Made by a program: the position numbers and the translations under genes. 64,000 nucleotides of DNA from Candidatus Nanoarchaeia archaeon (GTDB lineage: Archaea; Nanobdellota; Nanobdellia; WJKC01). This document shows positions 1 through 9,228 of this stretch, in pieces. How positions within the stretch are numbered: position 1 is the stretch's first letter; every line of letters starts with the position of its first letter. A model generated the notes under the pieces. That model saw only the letters and a list, made by a program, of their open reading frames with translations, was not told the origin of the DNA and did no database searches. The stretch is taken from contig JBAZFG010000002.1 in the NCBI GenBank assembly GCA_041653515.1, positions 125,632 to 189,631 on the forward strand. The letters are read 5' to 3'.

Positions 1-198
1 AAATATAACTGCGGCAAGCTAATCAGACCATTCATAAAAAAACACAAAAAGGAAGGGGTTAAAAGATTATTGTATAAAAAGTCATTTATAAGTTTTGAAT
101 CATTAAAAAAAGAACCAATTACTTATATGGGCTTTTTATTTATGAAATCTCTGGAGTTTACTGCGTGGTGCTTTGGTATCCTAAGAAGCTTTTTCTGA
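1..198 (+). CDS. 3' end of an ORF entering from upstream of the window (65 codons, no recognisable domain)
   Basis: Frame 1 is open from base 1 to TGA at 196-198. It overlaps the convergent radical SAM gene by 18 nt, as most convergent pairs here do. Confidence 0.25.
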   Translation, partial: KYNCGKLIRPFIKKHKKEGVKRLLYKKSFISFESLKKEPITYMGFLFMKSLEFTAWCFGILRSFF

Positions 199-1704
199 TT
201 TATTACCAGCAATTTTTAACTGCCTTGGTTTAAGTAAATCACTTGTTAGATAAGTTTTTAGTTTTTCAATGCTAAACTTCAAGTTATTGAAACTCATAAG
301 TTTGGGCAATATGTTACTGCAAAAGAAGATTGGATTTAATATATGTTTGATTCTTGTTTTATAAAATCTTTGTCTTGCTTCACCAACCAATTTGTTTAAT
401 TCACTTTCACTGAACTTTTTAGTTGGATAATAAGCATAAGATGTTTCTGCATCAGGAATTTCACTATTTAGCAATCCTTCTTTTTTGTATATATCATACA
501 ACTCAGTTCCTGTATAAGGTTGTGCGATATAAAATATTGCGTGGTCTATTCCAGATTCACAAGCATACTTAATCGTTTTTTCTATATCATCACGTGTTTC
601 ATAGGGGAATCCAATTATAAAATTAGCAGTAGTCCAAATACCTTTTTTGTTCATATATCTAATTAATCTTTTTGTTTTTTCAAGGTCAACAGGTTTTCCA
701 ATGAACTTTAATGTATTCTCAGAGCCGGATTCAATAGGCATACACATTCTATAAAACCCTGCTTTCTTCATTATATCTATTGTTTCTTCATCAAGAATCC
801 ATACACTTAATCCTGCAGGTGCGTTTAAAGTAATCTTCAAATTAGCTTTAATTATCAAATTGCATACTTCTTTAACTCTTTTTTTGTTAAGTATAAATGA
901 GTCGTCATAGATTACTATCTCTTTAGCGCCATATTTGTTATGTAATTCCATTATTTCTTTGAATACTCTTTTTGCAGAGTGAGGCCTCCATCTTCTTCTC
1001 CACATAGTTTTAGTGCTGCAGAAGATGCAGTTGTACGGGCAGCCTCTGCTTGTGACCATGGTACAAATCGGCTGGTTTAAAGCATAATAAAAAGTTTCTT
1101 TACCGTTTTTCATGTAAAAATCCATGTCAAGTGCATCTCTGTCCGGCAATGGAAGTGTATCAATATTATTAATTAGTGGTCTATCTTTGTTTATTATTAC
1201 TCTTCCATTACTTTTGTATGTTAATCCTAACACATTCTTTAAACTTTTCTTGTTACTAATAGCATTGAGTAGCTCTAGAGTTGTTATTTCACCTTCACCT
1301 CTTATTATGTAATCTATATAATTTAGTTTTATCAGGTTCTCATGTTCCATTGTTGGGTGAACCCCGCCGAGGATTATCTTTATAGACTTAAAATTGTCTT
1401 TCAGTACTTTGGCCAAATTAAGAGCATCATCTTTATGTATTGTAAAATTGCTTGATATGCCAATAATATCCGGTTTTATTTTATTTATTTCATTAAAAAT
1501 GTTTTTGTTGTTTATACCCACCCTGTATAAATCTTTCTTTATTCTTGTAACCTTGTTTTGATTTAAGGCTATACAGTCAATTATCTTAACTTTATGTCCG
1601 TTCTTTTTTAAAACTGCAGATATGTATGCTAAACCAAGAGGTTCAGTTATGGTTAATTTTGGGTATTTGCTTATTATTGAGGGTTGTATTAATGCTATTT
1701 TCAT
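181..1704 (-). CDS. Class B (B12-binding domain) radical SAM enzyme
   Basis: CxxxCxxC cluster motif in SRGCPYNCIFCS. The N-terminal half looks like a B12-binding Rossmann domain (LGLAYISAVLKKNGHKVKIID, IIGISS, ILGGVHPT). ATGA overlap with the upstream gene. Confidence 0.8.
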   Translation of the reverse strand: MKIALIQPSIISKYPKLTITEPLGLAYISAVLKKNGHKVKIIDCIALNQNKVTRIKKDLYRVGINNKNIFNEINKIKPDIIGISSNFTIHKDDALNLAKVLKDNFKSIKIILGGVHPTMEHENLIKLNYIDYIIRGEGEITTLELLNAISNKKSLKNVLGLTYKSNGRVIINKDRPLINNIDTLPLPDRDALDMDFYMKNGKETFYYALNQPICTMVTSRGCPYNCIFCSTKTMWRRRWRPHSAKRVFKEIMELHNKYGAKEIVIYDDSFILNKKRVKEVCNLIIKANLKITLNAPAGLSVWILDEETIDIMKKAGFYRMCMPIESGSENTLKFIGKPVDLEKTKRLIRYMNKKGIWTTANFIIGFPYETRDDIEKTIKYACESGIDHAIFYIAQPYTGTELYDIYKKEGLLNSEIPDAETSYAYYPTKKFSESELNKLVGEARQRFYKTRIKHILNPIFFCSNILPKLMSFNNLKFSIEKLKTYLTSDLLKPRQLKIAGNKSEKAS

Positions 1705-4430
1705 TTTTTCTCCTTAATAATAAGTTTTCTTATAAACTTAACCAATTGTAAAATCATTAGATAGATTACTATAATTATAAGTGATATGTTTGTAATTAAT
1801 CTTCCTAATCCTATATTATCCTGGTTCTTATGATAAATCCTGATGCTTAATTCTCCTGTTTTATTTATGTAAAAGCTATTCATGAAATAATTAGTTTTTA
1901 TTGAGTTGAATGATTCATTGCCAATAGTGGCAACCCAGTTCTTATCGAAAGTTTCTGTTAAAGTCAAGTAAAAAGGTGAATCTATTGTAATATTCAAAAT
2001 CATTTCTGACGGATTGATTCTTATGAAATTAGTGATGTCAACATTGTTATCTTTGTTTTCATAAGTAGCATTTTCATCAAACATTATTATTGTCTTATTG
2101 CTTAACTCTGAAATCATTTCTTCATAAGTTAATTCATATTCATTATAATCAACTAATTTAATATCATTAATAATATTGTTCTTACCTTGTGAATCAATAG
2201 AAATACAATTATTATTACTGCTTAAATTAATAGTGTAATTAACAATTTTAAATTCATCCTTAATACTAGAAGTTTTGACTTCTTTTATTGTGTTATTAAT
2301 GGAAATAGAAAATCCATCATAATTTGGTCCATCAACATACCTGATTAATAATTCGTATAATCCTTCTTCATTAAGACAGATGTCAAACTTGCTGTTATTT
2401 ATTGTGTAATAACCTTTTGAGTATGTTAATAAAGTAACTATATCCAAGTCATTTAGCATAAAGCGGTATATGCTATCGAAAGACATGTCTTGTATGAACT
2501 GCGGTTTATTTTCTTGAACAATTCTTAATAGATATAAAGCATCATTATTGATTATCCTGTTAATTTCATCACTAAAAGATACTCTGCTGTTTAGCAAACC
2601 GAATAGTAAGTCATTATAACTTTTATTGCAGAATATTATCTTATCCCCGTCTGAATAATTATCAAGAAATTGATTGATAACTCCGTCTTCTTGTTCTCCA
2701 AAGAATATCAAATCATTCTTATCTAAAAAATTGTGATTTAATAATTCTTGATAAGAATCCAATGAACCAATCACTAAATTTTTATGTTCATTTATCTTAA
2801 TTTGTGATACATTATCATTTATGTAAAGAGTGACATCATCACTAAAGCTTTTGTTTTCATATGATTTAAATATTGATTTGTTTATGTACTCTTTATCATC
2901 AAAGAAGTCACCAACTAACATGAAATCATTATGTAATAAAATATATTTTATTCCTAATGCACTAAATAATTTTTTTAATTCTGAAGCATCATTTGAGTTT
3001 AATATATCAAAGTATAGTGACATTATAAACTTGAAATTTAAGTCATTGTAATTATCCTGATAGATAGTATTAAAATACATTGGGAATATTGGTATTGTAT
3101 TATTAGCCCAATCAAATACTAATTGTCCATAACTGAAAGGAAGCCACAAGGCTTTTTGAGTGTCATTTTTGAAGTAATCATTAATATCATAATAACTATT
3201 GGGTATGCTAACTGCTTTAACTTCTCCTTGATTTAATTTAAAATAACCTGATAATAATGGGCAGTTTACTACAATAATTGATACTAATACTATTGATATG
3301 ATAATTTTTTTATACTTTCTTAATTTGTTATTAATCTCCAATAGTCCACTAATAAACTGTGAAAAAAGGAAGGCATAACAAAAGCTTAATACAAAGTTTA
3401 TCTTGTCTGGCTCTCGTATCAACCAAGCCCATGAACCTAATATTGGTATTTTGTTAAGATTTGAATAAATTAATCTTAAAGGCCCAAAAGTTCCTTGGGA
3501 TAATAATAATACTAAAAGTGCTAGTAAAGTGAATGATTTGATTGATTTATCCTTTTTAATTGCTATCGCGCAGAAACTTGCAAATGGCACTATAAATGAC
3601 AATAAATAAGTTATCGGATTACTGTCAGTAGCACCCTTTAAGTAGGATCCTACAAAAAAACCATACAATCTTATTGAATTAGCAATGTTTGAGTTGCTGC
3701 TTAAGAATTCTGATTGACTAAACGGCAGGTGATATATTGTTGTATTTAATCCAGGGAGTACAAAATAACTTATTAATGGAACAAAACAAACAAGAATGAT
3801 GATCATTGTTAAAATTTTGTCTTTGAATTTATGTTTATCAATTAAAATTATGGGTAGCATACACAATGAAGTGTATATTAAATTCCTTGGGTCAAATGAC
3901 ACTATTAGTAACAATAATGACACAACTGGCGAGTATCTTTTATTTTCAAAAGATTTTATCAATGTAAGACAAATTAATGGGGCAATAGAATAACCTAATA
4001 ATATTGCAAAATAACCTAATGATGTTGTATAAACCCAATGATTTAATGTGTAAACCAGGCTTCCTGATAACGCAACTATTATCTTTTGGTTTTGTTTTAA
4101 CTTACCACTTAACTTAATTAGAAGTAAATAAGAACTAAAACTTATCAAGAAATAAACAGAGATGTACAAACATTTTGTTAAGAATTCAAGTGGCAACGGA
4201 ATTGCAGCAATTACCCTCCAAATTAAACTTTGAGGCAAGTCACCACCGCTAGGATAATTGCTTATTGGGTTCCAAGAATAAAAATAATAATTGTTTATGA
4301 TATCCTTATCAAACTGGAATACTAAGTCATTGTACAATGGTAGTCCGGGGTTAAATAATACATTGTGAGTTATTAGAACTGTAAGTAATAGTGAGTAAAC
4401 TAATCCTGTGATTAATATATTATTTTTCAT
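1701..4430 (-). CDS. Large polytopic membrane protein with C-terminal extracytoplasmic domain and terminal TM anchor; GT-C/YfhO-like architecture, function unassigned
   Basis: About 400 aa of hydrophobic TM segments, then a soluble Asn-rich domain. The C-terminal block FDKNWVATIGNESF..NSFYINKTGELSIRIYHKNQ is paralogous to the same block in 4427-7279. Confidence 0.5.
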   Translation of the reverse strand: MKNNILITGLVYSLLLTVLITHNVLFNPGLPLYNDLVFQFDKDIINNYYFYSWNPISNYPSGGDLPQSLIWRVIAAIPLPLEFLTKCLYISVYFLISFSSYLLLIKLSGKLKQNQKIIVALSGSLVYTLNHWVYTTSLGYFAILLGYSIAPLICLTLIKSFENKRYSPVVSLLLLIVSFDPRNLIYTSLCMLPIILIDKHKFKDKILTMIIILVCFVPLISYFVLPGLNTTIYHLPFSQSEFLSSNSNIANSIRLYGFFVGSYLKGATDSNPITYLLSFIVPFASFCAIAIKKDKSIKSFTLLALLVLLLSQGTFGPLRLIYSNLNKIPILGSWAWLIREPDKINFVLSFCYAFLFSQFISGLLEINNKLRKYKKIIISIVLVSIIVVNCPLLSGYFKLNQGEVKAVSIPNSYYDINDYFKNDTQKALWLPFSYGQLVFDWANNTIPIFPMYFNTIYQDNYNDLNFKFIMSLYFDILNSNDASELKKLFSALGIKYILLHNDFMLVGDFFDDKEYINKSIFKSYENKSFSDDVTLYINDNVSQIKINEHKNLVIGSLDSYQELLNHNFLDKNDLIFFGEQEDGVINQFLDNYSDGDKIIFCNKSYNDLLFGLLNSRVSFSDEINRIINNDALYLLRIVQENKPQFIQDMSFDSIYRFMLNDLDIVTLLTYSKGYYTINNSKFDICLNEEGLYELLIRYVDGPNYDGFSISINNTIKEVKTSSIKDEFKIVNYTINLSSNNNCISIDSQGKNNIINDIKLVDYNEYELTYEEMISELSNKTIIMFDENATYENKDNNVDITNFIRINPSEMILNITIDSPFYLTLTETFDKNWVATIGNESFNSIKTNYFMNSFYINKTGELSIRIYHKNQDNIGLGRLITNISLIIIVIYLMILQLVKFIRKLIIKEKK

Positions 4431-7279
4431 TTATTATTACCTTTAATTTTTAGTATTACAAATAAGCATAGGGCAAAGTACCCAATAATACCAATTATGC
4501 CACCAATCAATCTGTTAAGTCTTACAATAAAACCTGAAATTATGATTATAAAAAATGATAATGCAAGTAAATTATTATCAGGTTCTTTTAAAAATAAATA
4601 AATTAAATCATTTTTGATTAATTTATTACTAAATTTTTTGAGATTAGTTTTATACACTTTGATTTTTTTTGGATAATCTTTTGCATTTTTGCCATGTTTG
4701 AATGTTAATAATATGTTAAAGCAAATTATTTTGAGAGTTGATATTGTATACACAAAAAATAATTTTATATACTTATACAAGTTTTTAGTGTGATTACTTG
4801 ACAGTATTTTTGGTAATAGGGTAATAATCAATAATATTAAAGTAACTAATGAGATACTTATCCCTGCACTGTAAGTTAATTGTTCAGACTGATACAATCT
4901 AACAGTATAACTACCCGTTTCATTAATATAAAACGCATTAGCGAACCCGTTAACTACAAAATGATTAAATTTAGTGTTATTTGATTCTGCAATCCAGTCC
5001 TCATCATAACTCTCTGAAAAGACTAAGAAGAATGGTTCACTATTGTTTACGTTGATATTGTATTCGGCAGGATTGGTTTTTATGAATGAAATGTCTGCTT
5101 CATGTACTGCATTGTTGTTTTTTTGTTCTATTGTTTCTAGATCATTACTTATTGCAATACTTGCAAGAAGGGCTTCTCCATTGCTTGTAATGTTTATCCT
5201 ATCAGTTGCGCTGCCAAAATAATGCCATGCAATATCAGTTGAATTGCTTGCTATACTATTAGCAATTATACTGCCTGTAAACTTAATGTACAACCCGCCA
5301 GAAGTGTTAATTGGTATTGTAACTATTGAATTTGGCATTAATGTGATTATTGAACTGTCAATGCCGCTGGTGTAAACAACGTTGTACCACCACCAGCCAA
5401 ATGAATAATCAAATAATCTTGCCCAGCCGTTTGAAGCATTGCTTGTTGTTATGAATTCAGAAGGCTTTAATTTAGTTGAATTGATTAACTCAGAATCAAA
5501 GGTGTTGTCATTGATTTCATCAACCAGATTGACAAGCGCGCTGTCATCTTGTTGTATTGCAAAGAAAATCGCGGGTTTTGAACAATTGTAATCAAGCAGG
5601 TTGTTAATATTAGAGTCAACTAATGAGCTGTGCTCTGCAGCGTATATTACTGGAAGACTATTATTAACCTCAAAGACTTTGATATTGTTATAACTATTCA
5701 TTGTTATTTTTGTCTCGTTTAACTGGCTCTTCAAGTAATCAGTTTTAGATAAACCAAATGATGATACAACTTCAGGGTAATTCCTCGCGTATATTGAATA
5801 ATTGCCAAATTCGGAAATAAAATCATCCCTTGATATAACATACTTAATATTTAGTAGTCTTAACAGGCTGCTTAAATTTGAGTCTGACTCACTACGTATT
5901 AAATTTGATAAAAAAGCAGTAACTCTATTGGAATCTGATTCTACACTTATAACTTGATTAAGTGATGATTTTGGTGAGTATGTAATCATAGGGTCAATGC
6001 CTGCATAATCCAATCCTGTCATGCTTATTGGCTGGTCCAAAGGGAAGTAAAGAACCCTATAATCACTAGGGTCATTAATTAATGAATTAGTTATTTCTCC
6101 ATAACCATTACTCCATTGGTAATCTTGTAACTGCCCCATAAAATTTCCTGAAAATAATGGCAGCGCAAACAATATTATTGCAATTGGAAAAAGAATCCTT
6201 TTGCTTTTTAACAGGTTATAACTTGAGCCTAATAACAGTGCATAGCAGAATGCTGGGATAAACAATAAGTGCTGTGATTCCCTAAACAAGCCAATAAGTG
6301 GTATATTCAAGAATGCTTCCCCGAATGGTGGGTTTGGGCCTTTTGATAAGAACAAACCGATTGCAGTGGTTATTATAAAAAACCATATTTGTTTATCCTT
6401 TGATTTAATGTTAGGCAACAGTAGAATTAGTATTAGTGCGCCGCCACCAATTACTGGTATTAACAGCCAGTTCCATATAGCATCAACAAAATATTTGGCA
6501 CCGATTAATAATGGCACTGCAAAAAATGGAGGGGCATTTCTTGTGATTATGTCAATGCTTGTTGAATAATTAATAGTCGAACTTGACGTGCCGAAATTTA
6601 ACAATATTGGCATTAACCAGAATGAATGGGTTAATAACAAACTTGCGGATATAACTAATGAATTAAAAAATAATTTTTTATCTCTCATGAATATAGAATA
6701 ACAAATCATCAACAAAGGCACCATTATAAAGAACTGCAATTGTGTTACAGTAAAAGTTATCAGTATTATTGAGAGAATCAAATTTGTTTTATTGTCCTTT
6801 GATTTTATGAATGACAGGAATAATAATGGTGCAAGCATGTAAGAAAACAAGTAAGTGATGTGGCCTGCGACAACCCTGTTAAAAACAATTGGGTTTAATG
6901 CATATAACAATCCAGATAATATCCCTGCTTTGTTATTCTTTAAGACATGCCTGCTTAATAAAAACATAAAATAAGCACTGCAGAATACAAATGCTACTAT
7001 TAGCATTCTAGTTAAGAAAACACCCCCCAGACCTATTGAGCTTAGTAAACCAAGGCCTGCGTAAAAAAAGAAAACGCTTTGATAGTCCCATGTTGTTCCT
7101 AAATCTCTTTCATTCCATACATAAAAAAGGTTTTCTGATCCCTTGGTTATCATCTCACCAAATTGAGGTATACTCCAGTCATGTCTGTAACCAATTGCTC
7201 CATTTGCAGCCAGAATCCTCCAGGTTACAAGAATGCTTATAATGGCGAATAAGCAGATCACTAAAAAGTTCTTTCTCAC
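4427..7279 (-). CDS. Tandem paralogue of 1701-4430: large polytopic membrane protein, GT-C/YfhO-like architecture
   Basis: Same layout as 1701-4430. C-terminal block YDEDWIAESNNTKF..NAFYINETGSYTVRLYQSEQ aligns with the neighbour. ATGA overlap at 4427-4430. Confidence 0.5.
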   Translation of the reverse strand: MRKNFLVICLFAIISILVTWRILAANGAIGYRHDWSIPQFGEMITKGSENLFYVWNERDLGTTWDYQSVFFFYAGLGLLSSIGLGGVFLTRMLIVAFVFCSAYFMFLLSRHVLKNNKAGILSGLLYALNPIVFNRVVAGHITYLFSYMLAPLLFLSFIKSKDNKTNLILSIILITFTVTQLQFFIMVPLLMICYSIFMRDKKLFFNSLVISASLLLTHSFWLMPILLNFGTSSSTINYSTSIDIITRNAPPFFAVPLLIGAKYFVDAIWNWLLIPVIGGGALILILLLPNIKSKDKQIWFFIITTAIGLFLSKGPNPPFGEAFLNIPLIGLFRESQHLLFIPAFCYALLLGSSYNLLKSKRILFPIAIILFALPLFSGNFMGQLQDYQWSNGYGEITNSLINDPSDYRVLYFPLDQPISMTGLDYAGIDPMITYSPKSSLNQVISVESDSNRVTAFLSNLIRSESDSNLSSLLRLLNIKYVISRDDFISEFGNYSIYARNYPEVVSSFGLSKTDYLKSQLNETKITMNSYNNIKVFEVNNSLPVIYAAEHSSLVDSNINNLLDYNCSKPAIFFAIQQDDSALVNLVDEINDNTFDSELINSTKLKPSEFITTSNASNGWARLFDYSFGWWWYNVVYTSGIDSSIITLMPNSIVTIPINTSGGLYIKFTGSIIANSIASNSTDIAWHYFGSATDRINITSNGEALLASIAISNDLETIEQKNNNAVHEADISFIKTNPAEYNINVNNSEPFFLVFSESYDEDWIAESNNTKFNHFVVNGFANAFYINETGSYTVRLYQSEQLTYSAGISISLVTLILLIITLLPKILSSNHTKNLYKYIKLFFVYTISTLKIICFNILLTFKHGKNAKDYPKKIKVYKTNLKKFSNKLIKNDLIYLFLKEPDNNLLALSFFIIIISGFIVRLNRLIGGIIGIIGYFALCLFVILKIKGNNK

Positions 7280-7287
7280 AACATTTT

Positions 7288-8443
7288 TTACCTTTTTTGT
7301 GTTATAAATGTTTTCTTAACGTTGTTCAGCATGTCAGTTAACTGCAGCATTACTTTTTTGGTTGAGTATTGCTTTGCGTAAGCTTTTAGTCCTGGTCGCG
7401 GTCGCTCTTTTAGTAATTTGATTATTGCGTTAGCCCAATTAATTGCTTTATAAGGCTCGACTAACTCACCGTTTTCCTTGTTTACTAACTCGTTAAGCGG
7501 CCTGACGTTGCTGGCCAGCACTGGCTTGCCAAGAGCCCATGACTCAAGCAATACTAGTCCAAACCCTTCAACAGTGCTTGGGTTAACAACGAATTTTGAT
7601 TCACTGATTATCTTTAATTTATCAGCATGGCTGACCCTGCCAGTAAACGTAATACTGTTATTAACTCCGAGCCTGCGCGCGAGTGCCATTCACTGCTTCT
7701 TCATTGGACCATCACCAACTATTACGAACTTGGCTTTAGGGTCACGGCCGAGCACTGAAAGCATAGCCCTAATTATTGTGTTAACGTTCTTGTAGAAAAC
7801 GTGCCGGCCAATAAAACAAAACTGATTCTTGAGTCCGGCTCGCAGGTTTTTGTAATCAGCCAAGTCAATCATACAAGGCATGACTTTGATTGGCCTCCTA
7901 ATACCAGCCTTAATTAAATTATCCCTGCTGACACTGCTGATAGTGTGAATTAATGCTGGCCTGAATTTGAGGATGATTTTCTCAAGCAATGGACCCATAA
8001 TTCCGAGGCCTTTGCTGACACCTATCTGCCTGCTCCACTTACTTTAGAACGGGCCACTTGAGTAAAAATCAAAGATGCTCATCAAATGAGAGATTTTAAG
8101 AAAATAAGAAACTAAATGAGCACTGACTGCCGGCGTGTAAGTATTAGAGTGAATGACGTCGGAGTCCTTAGCAATTTTCAGGCCAGCCCTGAATGACTTA
8201 ATAATAAATGAAGCATTATTCAACAAGCTCATGTTAAGGTGGCCTTTGTAATCAATTGGCCTGTCAACCAGGTAAACTTGATGCTGTCAATCTTCTCAAA
8301 AGAAGTAGTGCCCCTTAATTGCTGGGTGATAACATTGACTTCATGCTGCGCTTAACTAACTCGCGCGCGTACTGAAAGAACAAGTACTCGCCACCCCCAT
8401 AGATTGCTGGCGGGTATAAGTGAATGAATTGAGTTATTTTCAT
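7288..8443 (-). pseudogene. Decayed duplicate of the GT4 glycosyltransferase gene at 10659-11789
   Basis: Collinear with the intact paralogue from ATG (8443) to stop (7288), roughly three quarters identical by eye in the C-terminal 95 aa. In-frame TAA at 8044-8046 and TGA at 7690-7692. At least two frameshifts between ~8260 and ~8350. The ORF track splits it into three pieces (7288-7689, 7690-7998, 8044-8232). Confidence 0.85.
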
Positions 8444-8489
8444 TATGTGGAATTGATAAAGGAAACCCTAATAAAACTTACGCAAAGTA

Positions 8490-9173
8490 TTACTTTAAAT
8501 GATCCTTGAACTTGAAATAATTACTCGGGGTCCCAATGTCAATATAATAACCTTCGTATACTTCAGTCCGCATACCTTGTTTAATCAATAATGGGAATAC
8601 TTCTTTTTCAAAACTACTATTGCTAGCAGGTAATAAATCAAGCACACTTCTTTTTAGTAACAAGATGCCGGCGTTCATGAACTTATCATCCTCTGTTGGT
8701 TTCTCAGGCCGCTCTTTCAAGCCAGCAATCAGTCCAGCCTCATTAATTTTAATAATAGTCACTTGAGTAGGATTAACAGTCTTTGTTATAACCATAGTGT
8801 TCATTCCTGTTTTATTGAAGTTTTTTTTGAGTTTTTCATAGTCAAGCTCGTGATAATTATCACCATTAATGAGAATGAAGTCATCATCAATCAATTCTTC
8901 AGCATTCTTAATAGCGCCGCCAGTGCCGAGCGGCTCTGTTTCATCAGAGTACTTAATGTTCGCGCCCCACTTACTGCCGTCGCCGAAATAGTTCTTTATT
9001 ACGTCGCTTTTGTAACCTGTTAGGATTATTATTTCATCAAAGTGTTCTTTTAACTGGATTACTAAGTACTCGATTAATGGCTTGCCATTAAACTCAGCCA
9101 TTGGTTTTGGCCTGTCATTAACAATATCCTTTAGCCTCGTGCCCATGCCGCCAGCGAGGATGACTGCTTTCAT
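8490..9173 (-). CDS. Sugar-1-phosphate nucleotidyltransferase (HddC/ManC-like short form)
   Basis: N-terminal MKAVILAGGMGTRL (GxGTRL pyrophosphorylase signature); 227 aa single-domain form. Confidence 0.8.
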   Translation of the reverse strand: MKAVILAGGMGTRLKDIVNDRPKPMAEFNGKPLIEYLVIQLKEHFDEIIILTGYKSDVIKNYFGDGSKWGANIKYSDETEPLGTGGAIKNAEELIDDDFILINGDNYHELDYEKLKKNFNKTGMNTMVITKTVNPTQVTIIKINEAGLIAGLKERPEKPTEDDKFMNAGILLLKRSVLDLLPASNSSFEKEVFPLLIKQGMRTEVYEGYYIDIGTPSNYFKFKDHLK

Positions 9174-9195
9174 TGTATATTCTATTTTAGTTACC

Positions 9196-9208
9196 TTTTT
9201 AAATATTT
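9196..9208. promoter_or_regulatory. TATA-like box tttttaaatattt, candidate shared bidirectional promoter element
   Basis: Contains the palindrome aaatattt. Its centre (~9202) lies 29 nt from the ATG of the minus gene (9173) and 27 nt from the ATG of the plus gene (9229). Confidence 0.4.
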
Positions 9209-9228
9209 GATTGTAATTAGTTAATAAA

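Noticed and set aside
1124-1312. Many 60-165 aa ORFs in the track lie antisense to, or out of frame within, long well-supported genes. Examples are 1124-1312, 2830-3051, 3796-3993, 6366-6569, 7036-7242, 7478-7795, 8763-9023, 10341-10523, 11851-12204, 12361-12657 and 15208-15639. Further examples are 15329-15541, 16581-16904, 17312-17539, 18634-18822, 21872-22234, 21958-22251, 24521-24742, 26520-26885, 28154-28339, 28759-29013 and 29208-29528. Others are 33447-33944, 34345-34548, 37232-37429, 37772-38194, 39252-39536, 42336-42518, 42732-42977, 43546-43797, 44048-44746, 47457-47846 and 48964-49302. The rest are 49883-50074, 50689-51093, 54210-54395, 57813-58028, 58467-58664, 58659-59729, 60930-61438 and 62493-62714.
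   Set aside because: Each is fully or largely embedded in a longer ORF with clear family motifs. Their translations are low-complexity (Ser/Leu/Ile-rich) with no motifs. They are shadow ORFs.
5380-5400. A WWWYN string (FGWWWYNVVY) in the 950-aa membrane protein as a possible degenerate WWDYG oligosaccharyltransferase motif.
   Set aside because: It lacks the Asp and Gly of the motif and lies in a different sequence context from the two AglB-like proteins. It is not sufficient to call an STT3 homologue.
7690-8046. Both in-frame stops in the GT4 duplicate (TGA 7690-7692, TAA 8044-8046) replace Trp codons of the intact copy. This raised the idea of stop-codon reassignment to Trp.
   Set aside because: The same copy also carries at least two frameshifts. 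TGA and TAA also act as ordinary terminators of well-supported genes here, for example TGA at 14768-14770 and 28734-28736 and many TAA stops. Decay of a duplicate is the simpler explanation.
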